Virus record (IMG/VR): IMGVR_UViG_2660238548_000002
Location: 1-18,070 of that record
Length of the DNA: 18,070 nucleotides
Origin: a virus
Lineage: Duplodnaviria > Heunggongvirae > Uroviricota > Caudoviricetes
Strand: one strand, 5' to 3'
Shown: one piece after another, positions 1 to 7,495 of the stretch
Position numbering within the stretch: the first letter of the stretch is position 1
How the letters are laid out: each line of letters starts with the position of its first letter
Notes under the pieces: generated by a model
Told to the model about the DNA's origin: nothing
The model's input: only the letters and a program-made list of their open reading frames with translations
Database searches by the model: none
Program-made: the position numbers and the translations under genes

Positions 1-19
1 GCTGGGAAGGCTGGGTCAT
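1..19 (-). CDS. 5' fragment (MTQPSQ...) of the gene downstream of the adaptor, continuing beyond the window; a tail gene by position
   Basis: ATG at 19..17 on minus strand preceded by GGAGGG; lies 138 bp downstream of adaptor stop. Only 6 codons are in the window. Confidence 0.3.
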
Positions 20-127
20 ATCCCTCCGGCAGAAGCAGAAAAAGCTTATTATGCTTCCATCAGAAACGATGATCTGGCAGCCTGAGTTCACAGATAAAAC
101 ACTCTCCAGGAAAACCGGGGCGGTTCA
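1..127. repeat. Left copy of a ~127-bp inverted repeat; reverse complement matches 17944..18070 with about 8 mismatches
   Basis: Block-by-block comparison of revcomp(1..127) with 17944..18070. Contains an RBS and ATG for an outward-reading gene. Confidence 0.85.
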
Positions 128-157
128 CAAAGCTGGGCTGGATCCAACTGATAGCCA

Positions 158-763
158 TCAGGACAACCTCGCAATGGTAAACTCGTCAACCGGTGGCTGT
201 GGTTCCTGTGATTCATTCTGGCTATGCGAGCCAGCACTAAGAATCACGCGATTGTACATATTGAGGGCAAACGTACCGAGGTCTGCATTCCCAGTCAGCG
301 CCATGTTAATAGCTGCCGCAAGACGCCAGGCCAACGCCTCCATAAAAATGGCATCAAACATGTTCACATCTGAAACGCGAGATACATACTTGAGCCATGC
401 CTGCGGCTGGTCTGTGTAGATCAACTTTCCTGTTCCGTTGGTGTCTGCACCAACTTCGTACTGAACGCGCATTGCTGCTGTTGGATTGCGTACACCAGGA
501 AGCATAATTTCAGTAATGCGCAGACAATCGGACGGGTACTGGTACGCATATTCCCAGTCAGGCGGTGGATTGCTCGTATCTGCAAGCGCCACGCGTTTGG
601 TAGCAAAGTTCCAGTCAAAATCAGAAAGAACAGCATCACGGCAGGCCTCAAAGTGCAGCGAACATTCCCCCGCTTCCTTGCTGGCTTCCGTCAGGCTGTT
701 AATGCTGCGACTGTTGCCAATATTGGACAGCGCACGATTACAGATCTCTACTACAGAGGCCAT
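158..763 (-). CDS. Head-to-tail adaptor / gatekeeper protein, T7 gp11-like
   Basis: Listed ORF 158..766 starts at GTG; the ATG at 763 overlaps the upstream TGA (TGATG). N-terminal ALSNIG...INSL and DFDWNF motifs resemble recalled T7 gp11. Position is downstream of the capsid gene. Confidence 0.55.
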   Translation of the reverse strand: MASVVEICNRALSNIGNSRSINSLTEASKEAGECSLHFEACRDAVLSDFDWNFATKRVALADTSNPPPDWEYAYQYPSDCLRITEIMLPGVRNPTAAMRVQYEVGADTNGTGKLIYTDQPQAWLKYVSRVSDVNMFDAIFMEALAWRLAAAINMALTGNADLGTFALNMYNRVILSAGSHSQNESQEPQPPVDEFTIARLS

Positions 764-1086
764 CACTCACCTCCGTTACCGTACAGAGTTTCAGCCGCTG
801 ATTTTTCTACACCCCCGGAAACAGGAGCGATCGCCATATCAGTGATCTGCAGATCGGCGCTGCGATTAACACCATCGTCAGTTTCTCTGGCAGACAGGCC
901 TCGAATAACAGCCTTTGCAGTTATCATCACTTCCGTTCCGACGCCCTTAGGTTGCGCCTTCAGCTTATTCAATGTGTCGTTATTAAGAGTGATGCACAGC
1001 CCCCATGGGTATTCATCGCGAGTTCTGGTTTCTCCGCTCTCATCCTGGTAGCTGTCAGTGCCGGTTTTGAGGTTTACGAGTTCCAT
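763..1086 (-). CDS. Hypothetical small late protein (107 aa), possibly virion-associated
   Basis: ATG at 1086 with AGGAG 7 nt upstream. In the late operon between capsid and adaptor. Confidence 0.5.
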   Translation of the reverse strand: MELVNLKTGTDSYQDESGETRTRDEYPWGLCITLNNDTLNKLKAQPKGVGTEVMITAKAVIRGLSARETDDGVNRSADLQITDMAIAPVSGGVEKSAAETLYGNGGE

Positions 1087-1097
1087 ATACACTCCTG

Positions 1098-1119
1098 CAA
1101 TAAAGGGGCCGAAGCCCCT
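1098..1119 (-). terminator. Intrinsic terminator inside the late operon, downstream of the capsid-proximal genes
   Basis: On the minus strand: AGGGGC-TTCG-GCCCCT hairpin followed by TTTATTG, lying between the stop at 1137 and the next RBS. Confidence 0.55.
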
Positions 1120-1136
1120 TGTCTGATTCGCGAGGC

Positions 1137-1472
1137 TTACACGCCCAGTTCTTTACGCTTATCTGCGATCTTCTCGCGGAGCGTTTCAGCTTTGGCGTTA
1201 TGGTGTGGCTTCTCGTTAAAGAGCAATTCGTACTCTTCACGGAGCTTATCCAGTTCACCATCATCTGACACATCGTTGATGATTTTGGTGCTGGTTGCTG
1301 CCATTGACACCTTTCCTGCAACTTTTGCTTTTGCCTGTCTGGCTGCATCGTTAACAGGTTCCAGTGCGCTACCAGGCTCACCTTCGTATTCGATTTCTGC
1401 CCCCTCCGGCCACAGAGTGTTATGGATATGAGAGAGGCGCAGAACGCGGTATCTTGGTTTCTCACCTGACAT
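1137..1472 (-). CDS. Hypothetical late protein (111 aa), acidic with a coiled-coil C-terminus
   Basis: ATG at 1472 with AAGGTGA RBS; the listed ORF extends to a GTG at 1481 without an RBS. Confidence 0.5.
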   Translation of the reverse strand: MSGEKPRYRVLRLSHIHNTLWPEGAEIEYEGEPGSALEPVNDAARQAKAKVAGKVSMAATSTKIINDVSDDGELDKLREEYELLFNEKPHHNAKAETLREKIADKRKELGV

Positions 1473-1482
1473 CGATATCACC

Positions 1483-1920
1483 TTAACCAGTTACTTTTGA
1501 GCGGATCGGATACGGCGTATTGGCATCAACATCAAGACTGATACCAGCAGTGAATTCGCCAGCCGTTAGTGGGCCAGTTGCGACGGAGTAGTTAACACGC
1601 AGATATCGCTGAACACCGGCAGGCACCTTTGCAGAAACAACTCGTTTACCTGCTGTCAGGGCGGTCTTTGCCAGTGCGCCACTATCATAAATAGTGGTCC
1701 ATGAGCTGTTATTCTCACTCGTCTGCAACTGGATGTTTACAGTTGCATCACCGCTTGCCGCGGCGGCTGTGTTAACCAGCGCCCAAAACTCAAGCGGGTA
1801 ACCCACGCCGATATCACGACGTTTTCCGTCAATTGGACCGAGATCGATTACGTCAGTAGAAGCCGCGGTATTCGTAACCGCCTGAGCTTCGGAGAACATC
1901 AACAGTTTGTCGGTGATCAT
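1483..1920 (-). CDS. Putative capsid-associated structural protein (145 aa, beta-rich; decoration or cement candidate)
   Basis: ATG at 1920 with GGAG 8 nt upstream. Immediately downstream of the major capsid gene; T/S/A/V/G-rich composition. Confidence 0.4.
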   Translation of the reverse strand: MITDKLLMFSEAQAVTNTAASTDVIDLGPIDGKRRDIGVGYPLEFWALVNTAAAASGDATVNIQLQTSENNSSWTTIYDSGALAKTALTAGKRVVSAKVPAGVQRYLRVNYSVATGPLTAGEFTAGISLDVDANTPYPIRSKVTG

Positions 1921-1971
1921 CTTCTTTCTCCATTAGTGGGTCTGTTACGACCCACAGGTTAATAACAGGCG

Positions 1972-2964
1972 TTACACCACACGGGCTTCTGTTTCCAGAA
2001 GCGCATCAGTCTCACGGATTGGTACACCACGGAATGAAGTCCACCACTCGCCTTCTGTCTCTTTTACGCTGATCGCCAGAGATGTTTTCTCCAGAGATTG
2101 CAGATCAAGAGCCTGGCCTACAGTGCGGTTCATGTAGAACACCGGGCGGCCCATGCCACGGTTTGGAATGCGATGCAGTGCTTTAACCATCAACTTCGCA
2201 ATATTTGCTGCAGAGGAAGGTTCTGAAAGATTGCTGACATCGATGTTTGCAATGCGAACAACATAACGCCAGTCACGCAGAGCAAGCCCGTTGTCCCATT
2301 TGTAATGGGTACGGTAGCCTTCGTACTTGCCGCCATTCGCATCTTCCAGTGTCACCTGGCCTTTATCTTCCATCTGGATGCCAGCCTTCTGCCCTTTCGG
2401 GAAGATGCCATGCACGGTGTTTTCGCCCCACACCACTAACCAGATAGAGGTGTTATCTGTACCCGTGCCACCAGCATCAATGATGTTCTGAGCATTACCC
2501 GCAGACAGGCTGGAATAGCGGGAGGACAGTCCCATAAACTGCTGAGGGTTAACGCTGGAATCACCATAAAACAGCGTCTGCGCCATCTGCTGATTCATCG
2601 CTTCAATAAATGCGCGGTCTTCAGACAGGCGGAATTCGGCGGTATTGCCGTTCAGATCAGCCAGTGACTTATCGACTTCAGCATAGGTTTCCAGCATGCC
2701 AACGGAATCGGTTACCTGCACTGTGGTTGATTTGCTTGGCTGTACGCCATAGTTCAGCAAACGCCAGGTAGCTGAAGGTAAACCAGAACGAATGGTGGTT
2801 CGGTGTCCGGTAGGAAGGTTCCCTTCGACAAAAGGCATATCCTGAAGGATCGGGTTAGTTTGACCGAGAAGCTCGATAATCTTATCGACTTTCCCGTTTG
2901 GATCGACGCGCTTACCCCAGTCAGCCAGCGTTAGCGCAGTTAAGCCTTTAACAGCCATTGTCAT
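1972..2964 (-). CDS. Major capsid protein (about 330 aa)
   Basis: Follows the scaffold gene in portal-scaffold-capsid order; size typical of T7 gp10-type capsid proteins. The ATG at 2958 has better RBS spacing than the one at 2964. Confidence 0.7.
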   Translation of the reverse strand: MTMAVKGLTALTLADWGKRVDPNGKVDKIIELLGQTNPILQDMPFVEGNLPTGHRTTIRSGLPSATWRLLNYGVQPSKSTTVQVTDSVGMLETYAEVDKSLADLNGNTAEFRLSEDRAFIEAMNQQMAQTLFYGDSSVNPQQFMGLSSRYSSLSAGNAQNIIDAGGTGTDNTSIWLVVWGENTVHGIFPKGQKAGIQMEDKGQVTLEDANGGKYEGYRTHYKWDNGLALRDWRYVVRIANIDVSNLSEPSSAANIAKLMVKALHRIPNRGMGRPVFYMNRTVGQALDLQSLEKTSLAISVKETEGEWWTSFRGVPIRETDALLETEARVV

Positions 2965-2972
2965 TTCCTCTC

Positions 2973-3668
2973 TTATTTGCCATAGAGCACTTCGGCCGCA
3001 CTACGCTGGCCTTCATTACCACCGGTGACCATGCCATCTTCAGACATCGCCTTTCCGATTTTCACGAACGTCTTGACCAGATCAGGGTGATTACCCAGTC
3101 CGGTGGTGTTCAGATATTCTTTGAGCTCAGGTGTCCCGAACTGGTCAAGCGCACGCTGCGCGGCGCTAAGGTTAGAAATCAACTTGTCGCCACCGATTTC
3201 TTTGTCAGCTTTTACATCAGCAGCCCACTGCTCGGTTGTTTTCTGCCAGGCTTCTGCCTGGCGCTGCTGAACACCTGCCAGAATCTTCGGATAAGCATCA
3301 ACCAGCTTTTGCGCTTGCTCGTTGGTCAGGTTTAGTTCTCGCGCCACCGGCTCGAATTCCTTCAACGCTTCTGTATCCAGCTCTACGCCTTCGGCAGCCT
3401 GAAACTCGTACTTCTCAGGCGCACCCTCTGGTTTATCGCCGTCCTTTTTTTCATCCAGCTTATCGTTTTCAGGCTTTTTGTCAGCAGCAGGTTTATCGCC
3501 ATCAGCAACAGGTTGTGGCTTATCACCTTCCTGTTGTGATGGATCACCAACTGGAGCAGGGTTATCACCTGCAGGCGCTGACGGTTCTGACGCAGCCGGA
3601 GCTGCTCCACCATCGACTGGTTGCTCATTGCAAAGACGGCTATACAGCAAACGCTCAAATAAATTCAT
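2973..3668 (-). CDS. Scaffolding protein (acidic, Pro/Ala/Asp/Lys-rich N-terminus, helical C-terminus)
   Basis: Low-complexity acidic composition and position between portal and capsid. ATG at 3668 has AGGAG 5 nt upstream; the listed ORF starts at GTG 3674. Confidence 0.65.
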   Translation of the reverse strand: MNLFERLLYSRLCNEQPVDGGAAPAASEPSAPAGDNPAPVGDPSQQEGDKPQPVADGDKPAADKKPENDKLDEKKDGDKPEGAPEKYEFQAAEGVELDTEALKEFEPVARELNLTNEQAQKLVDAYPKILAGVQQRQAEAWQKTTEQWAADVKADKEIGGDKLISNLSAAQRALDQFGTPELKEYLNTTGLGNHPDLVKTFVKIGKAMSEDGMVTGGNEGQRSAAEVLYGK

Positions 3669-3670
3669 GA

Positions 3671-3967
3671 TCACTCCTGTTCACTGGCCTCTTTGGCCAT
3701 CTTCAAATACTGTTCAGGGCAATGCGCCATAACGCGCTGAAACAGTTCCAGCGCCAGATTGCGTTGCCCCTCATTAAATGCCATTGCCATAGCGTCCATC
3801 GGCGAGATAGCGGAAAACACACGGCCTTTCTCCAGTACCGACCAGACAACCCGACGCCCCTGTTCACAGCTCATGACAAAGCGAATGTCATCAATTTCAC
3901 GCTGTGCCATGTCACGTTGCTTACGGGCGTTTTCTTCTTTCAGTTGATCGTCTTCGTAATCTGTCAT
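3671..3967 (-). CDS. Hypothetical small head-module protein (98 aa)
   Basis: ATG at 3967 overlaps the portal stop (ATGA); its own stop lies 2 nt before the scaffold ATG. Tightly coupled within the operon. Confidence 0.55.
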   Translation of the reverse strand: MTDYEDDQLKEENARKQRDMAQREIDDIRFVMSCEQGRRVVWSVLEKGRVFSAISPMDAMAMAFNEGQRNLALELFQRVMAHCPEQYLKMAKEASEQE

Positions 3968-5643
3968 TGTGATTGCCCACCCTGACCACTAACTGCATTC
4001 GCCATAGCTGACAAAACACTCGGATCCGAAGTTTTAGCTTCGCTTAGCGTCTTGGCCCCCTGTGCCGCCGCCATCCCCATCGCCATCATTTGTTGCTGCT
4101 GTTGCTGCTGTGCCCGTTGCTGGCGAGCCTGCTCAACCTGTTCCTGCGGAACAATGACGGTTGGAGACACTCCGGACATATCAGCGAATGCATCGATCGC
4201 CTGATCAACGTTGAGTTTGTCGAGAGCTTCTGGTTTCGCTTGCGCAAGTTGACCAATGAAGTTAACCGTGGACGCCAGACTGGACAGGCCGATAGACTTC
4301 TGCGCCTGAGCCATGACGGAAATGTATTCGACCTTCAGGGGCATGCCTTCCATCGCGTCAGGCGGTGGCGGCAGCATGTTTTTACGCACCATCATCGAGA
4401 AAGCGCGGTCAATGAGAGGATTAAGACATTCGTCGTTCAGACGCTCCAGAACCGGCCCCAACATCAGAAGTTTTTCTTCTTTCATTTCGATCACCGCTTC
4501 AACAGGCATCGAGCGGGTATTGATGTTCTGCAACATCATGAACAGATCGACAAAGTAGGCGCTGTTAATGATTTGACGAGTGTCCTGAATGTCTGCCACC
4601 AAATCTGCTGTACTGGGGTTAACCAGATAAGCAGGCCTGAAGCCATCCTGACCAGTAATCTGATCGATATACGTGATGTCGCCAGGAAGAAGGGAGGCGC
4701 GCTGATTCTTGAGGGAAGTCGGAGCAACCATCGGCGGATTGGTGGCTTTATCAATCAACTGCGACTTGCGCTTCTGGAGAAGCTGCAATGCCTTAACAGG
4801 TCCAAGCGCCAGCATGCCCGGGCATGATGATCCATAAACATCTTCACCGTTAACTTCCCAGCGCGGAGCCATAATTGGAAACTCATCGAATCCGGACTCA
4901 CGCAACAACTTGTCGTTATCGCCACCAACCTCGTAATAAACCGATTTGAATGGCTTGTTCTTGCTATCCAGCTTCGATGTATCGCGGTCAATGTTCGGGT
5001 AAACCGAATGCATCACGTCAATCCACTTCTCGTAGGTGCCGCTTTCCCACATGCTTTTTACGGATTCGCTGACGTTATTTAGCCCGAACTCCTGAACAAG
5101 CTGACGAACAGTCATAGAGAACTTGCGAAAACAGGTGTCAACACTGCCACGAGGTGAGTTAGCCAGGTAGTAACTGCCTATCGGGAATGGCATTGTGCGA
5201 ATGATGTCCTCATCATCCTCCAGTACCGCCATTGCACCGGTGCTGTATGTGCCGAGGCTTCCGTATAACTGCGGCAGCGACTGATAGAGATTCGACTTAT
5301 TGAACATATCGTTCATGCGGTTCTGCACCGCCTCAAGCCACAACTTAACAGGGCCATAATCCATCATTTCAGGATCTGGCGTAGCCAGGCGAAACCACGG
5401 ACGCGCAGGGCTTGTGATGCCTGACATCATGCCGCTGGCGAGAGTGCGCGCCGCCATAGTCCCGGTCGAATCAATAATGCGTGTATTGCGCCGATCGTTA
5501 CGGTTGGCCTCAGAAGTCAGAAAGCGGGAACCACGCGGGTTGATGTAATCACTCAACTCGCGCCAGTGCGGCTCGAACGACTGACGCTCGCTTTCAAGTT
5601 GTGCGAACTGTTTGTTCAATCGCTCTTTAGTTGTTTCCGCCAT
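3964..5643 (-). CDS. Portal protein, T7 gp8-like head-to-tail connector
   Basis: 559 aa. N-terminal region and the Gln/Ala/Met-rich C-terminal tail resemble recalled T7 gp8. Sits upstream of scaffold and capsid. Confidence 0.75.
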   Translation of the reverse strand: MAETTKERLNKQFAQLESERQSFEPHWRELSDYINPRGSRFLTSEANRNDRRNTRIIDSTGTMAARTLASGMMSGITSPARPWFRLATPDPEMMDYGPVKLWLEAVQNRMNDMFNKSNLYQSLPQLYGSLGTYSTGAMAVLEDDEDIIRTMPFPIGSYYLANSPRGSVDTCFRKFSMTVRQLVQEFGLNNVSESVKSMWESGTYEKWIDVMHSVYPNIDRDTSKLDSKNKPFKSVYYEVGGDNDKLLRESGFDEFPIMAPRWEVNGEDVYGSSCPGMLALGPVKALQLLQKRKSQLIDKATNPPMVAPTSLKNQRASLLPGDITYIDQITGQDGFRPAYLVNPSTADLVADIQDTRQIINSAYFVDLFMMLQNINTRSMPVEAVIEMKEEKLLMLGPVLERLNDECLNPLIDRAFSMMVRKNMLPPPPDAMEGMPLKVEYISVMAQAQKSIGLSSLASTVNFIGQLAQAKPEALDKLNVDQAIDAFADMSGVSPTVIVPQEQVEQARQQRAQQQQQQQMMAMGMAAAQGAKTLSEAKTSDPSVLSAMANAVSGQGGQSQ

Positions 5644-5657
5644 TTCAATGACTCCGG

Positions 5658-5864
5658 TTACTGACCAAGCAGCGTTTTACCGCTGGTATTAGCGGTTGAT
5701 GTGTCGCCCTGAGAACCGGTAAGAAGCGTAGAACTACGACCAGCAGCAGCGCGACGGCGACGTGTTTCTTCGTCGCGGGCATCAACAACGGCGGCATCCT
5801 GCTCCTGTGGTGCTGCCTGAACTTCTGGTGTTGCAGGCACTGATGGTGAGCTACCCATGCACAT
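5658..5864 (-). CDS. Small Ala/Gln/Arg-rich low-complexity protein (68 aa), possibly an internal virion protein
   Basis: ATG at 5864 with GGAG RBS; stop 12 nt before the portal RBS. Resemblance to T7 gp7.3 is from memory and weak. Confidence 0.4.
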   Translation of the reverse strand: MCMGSSPSVPATPEVQAAPQEQDAAVVDARDEETRRRRAAAGRSSTLLTGSQGDTSTANTSGKTLLGQ

Positions 5865-5932
5865 ATCAATGACTCCGTACGCAATTAAATTATTACCAAT
5901 TTAACCACAAATGATTTACCTATCGTAGATAG

Positions 5933-5969
5933 TTGACATTTAACGCACGAATTATTACCTTTCAGGTAA
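5933..5969 (+). promoter_or_regulatory. Candidate promoter (TTGACA at 5933..5938) with a perfect TTACC-N5-GGTAA palindrome at 5955..5969
   Basis: Perfect -35 hexamer, AT-rich -10 region, and a palindrome identical in form to those at the cI/cro region. Points toward the noncoding region and tRNA. Confidence 0.4.
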
Positions 5970-6029
5970 GCAAAGAGTTCATTCCGGTTATTAACCTGAC
6001 TAGCTTGTCGTTAAATTGAACAGGTGGGG

Positions 6030-6290
6030 TGAGATTTTATTTTGAGCAGTACGGCGTATGGCACATGCGCCGATAGCGGTCTGGATACGTTTAAGGGGCA
6101 CTCTCCCTTGCTCTGGCAAACGAACCAGGTAGCCGGGATGTGCAAGTCGAGCGGTTTTATTCCGCGCACGGGGATTCACCATCCCGGCGATTCGGTGTGA
6201 CACCTCGGAAGAGACGAGGGTACAACGATGAGAGCATTTATGGAACCGCGACAAAGTGTGGCGCCTTAACAGGCTAAGTGCTCTCAGCGT
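6030..6290 (+). ncRNA. Candidate structured noncoding RNA upstream of the tRNA (class unknown)
   Basis: No + strand ORF of 60 aa or more across 5885..6753. Contains a perfect 9-bp stem (GCCGGGATG 6131..6139 / CATCCCGGC 6180..6188) and several further hairpins. Confidence 0.25.
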
Positions 6291-6291
6291 T

Positions 6292-6368
6292 GTGGCATTA
6301 GCTCAGTTGGACAGAGCAACCGCCTTCTAAGCGGCTGGTCGCAGGTTCGAATCCTGCATGCCACGCCA
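6292..6368 (+). tRNA. tRNA-Arg (anticodon UCU), 77 nt with encoded CCA
   Basis: Manual fold: 7-bp acceptor stem GTGGCAT/ATGCCAC, D-arm GCTC...GAGC, anticodon loop CTTCTAA, T-arm GCAGG-TTCGAAT-CCTGC, discriminator G then CCA. Pair 27-43 is an A-C mismatch. Confidence 0.9.
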
Positions 6369-6411
6369 GAATCACGCCTAAGGACCGTGATGCCAGAAGT
6401 TCCAGGTGCTT

Positions 6412-6454
6412 GGCGGTGATGGTTTCCATTGAAGGACTATCACCGCCCTTTTTA
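6412..6454 (+). terminator. Intrinsic terminator downstream of the tRNA
   Basis: GGCGGTGAT ... ATCACCGCC stem followed by CTTTTTA. Confidence 0.5.
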
Positions 6455-6531
6455 CAGCAGGACGCCATTGCGATGACTTCATGCTGTAAACCCGTACAGC
6501 CACGGAAGGCATAACTCATTGCTTACAGTTC

Positions 6532-6555
6532 GCCCGGTTCACCGGGCATTTTTTT
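6532..6555 (+). terminator. Intrinsic terminator
   Basis: GCCCGG-TTCA-CCGGGC hairpin followed by ATTTTTTT. Confidence 0.7.
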
Positions 6556-6614
6556 AAGGTGTGAATCATGAAATACGAATTCGATGGATTTTAATGTCGT
6601 GACACGTCACAAAC

Positions 6615-6642
6615 AGCCAGCCGATAAGCTGGCTTTGTTTTA
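6615..6642 (+). terminator. Intrinsic terminator-like hairpin
   Basis: AGCCAGC-CGATAA-GCTGGCT followed by TTGTTTTA. Confidence 0.45.
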
Positions 6643-6697
6643 TCCTCATCAGAGGATATCAACGACATTATCCCCTCATAGGGATACGTTTTTCATA

Positions 6698-6726
6698 ATG
6701 ACCGAAGATTACCTTAAAGGTAGAAT
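6698..6726 (+). promoter_or_regulatory. Candidate promoter of the 246-aa gene (-10 TAGAAT at 6721..6726) overlapped by an operator-like palindrome TTACC-N5-GGTAG at 6709..6723
   Basis: -10 hexamer about 28 nt upstream of the ATG; a weak -35 (ATGACC) at 17-bp spacing; palindrome lies between them. Confidence 0.4.
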
Positions 6727-6753
6727 CAGAAAAAAACCTAAAAGGGCCTGGAC

Positions 6754-7494
6754 ATGCTTGAATCACTTAAAGAATACCTATCTTCAACCGTTAATACCGC
6801 TTCGCAAAGGGTCAGAAATCCAGTGTTTGGAGCGTTCGCACTGTCATGGTGCGCCTTTAACTGGAAGTCGATTTTATACTTACTCCTCAGCGACTCCAGC
6901 ATCATCGACAAGATCACCTACATTTCCAGCAATAGCAGTTGGAAAACGGTATTAGCATTCCCATGTGTTTCAGCAATAATCCTGTGCGGCGGCATGCCCT
7001 GGATCAACAACGTGATTTCAAAGTGGCAAGCCAAACCTCTTGATAATTACGATTCGATAGAGAACCACCGGAAGGCCAAGCGCATTCATCGCGCCACACG
7101 CCTGCAGCGCCTGAAGGCAAAGCACGATGTGACATACGACAAAGTTAAGACTGGCGCCGAAAAAGACATACAGGCTATGAAGGAAAGAATTACGGAGTCA
7201 CAGGCCAGGATGGGTGAGCTAACGTCGGAAAGAGATAGGCTCTCCGATAAGGTTTTGGAATTGAATAAGAAGCTGGAAAACATGCAATCAGTGGCTGCAG
7301 CGTTAAAGATTGAGGCAGAAAAGTCCGCCAGAATGCTTGAAGATAGGGAGGCCAAAATAAATAATCTCATACAAGAATTAAAGGAAAAAGAAAAGGAAAG
7401 TATCGTATTGCATATGGGCCATGAACCCTTGCGAAAAACATATACATCACAGGCTGAGAGAATGATTGCTGAAGCCGTGAAAAATAAGCAATAA
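6754..7494 (+). CDS. Orphan accessory protein: two predicted TM helices at the N-terminus, a basic linker and a long coiled-coil C-terminus (246 aa); function unknown
   Basis: Opposite strand to the late operon, visibly AT-rich, with many AGA/AGG Arg and ATA Ile codons. Its stop (7492..7494) lies 1 nt from the terL stop (7496..7498). Confidence 0.7.
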   Translation: MLESLKEYLSSTVNTASQRVRNPVFGAFALSWCAFNWKSILYLLLSDSSIIDKITYISSNSSWKTVLAFPCVSAIILCGGMPWINNVISKWQAKPLDNYDSIENHRKAKRIHRATRLQRLKAKHDVTYDKVKTGAEKDIQAMKERITESQARMGELTSERDRLSDKVLELNKKLENMQSVAAALKIEAEKSARMLEDREAKINNLIQELKEKEKESIVLHMGHEPLRKTYTSQAERMIAEAVKNKQ

Positions 7495-7495
7495 A

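Noticed and set aside
51-419. + strand ORF (122 aa) at the window start
   Set aside because: It lies antisense across the adaptor gene and the inverted-repeat regulatory region, with no convincing RBS context; the minus-strand genes explain the region.
4090-4827. + strand ORF (245 aa) inside the portal gene
   Set aside because: Antisense to a well-supported 559-aa portal ORF and begins with a low-complexity Leu-rich run typical of antisense frames; judged spurious.
5645-5884. Alternative 79-aa ORF overlapping the 68-aa small gene
   Set aside because: It is in a different frame, has no RBS, and its stop overlaps the portal start region; the 68-aa frame has a good RBS.
6292-6368. tRNA as a prophage attachment site with the 491-aa gene as integrase
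   Set aside because: The 491-aa protein has terminase ATPase motifs, not a tyrosine recombinase fold, and phage structural genes flank the tRNA on both sides, so the tRNA is internal cargo rather than a junction.
6000-6519. Minus-strand ORFs 6000..6254 and 6298..6519
   Set aside because: They overlap the hairpin-rich noncoding region and the tRNA-Arg gene itself; the translations are Arg/Cys-rich as expected from GC-rich structured RNA.
6584-6955. + strand ORF (123 aa) overlapping the start of the 246-aa gene in another frame
   Set aside because: It runs through terminator hairpins and the promoter of the 246-aa gene; the 6754..7494 frame is the coherent one.
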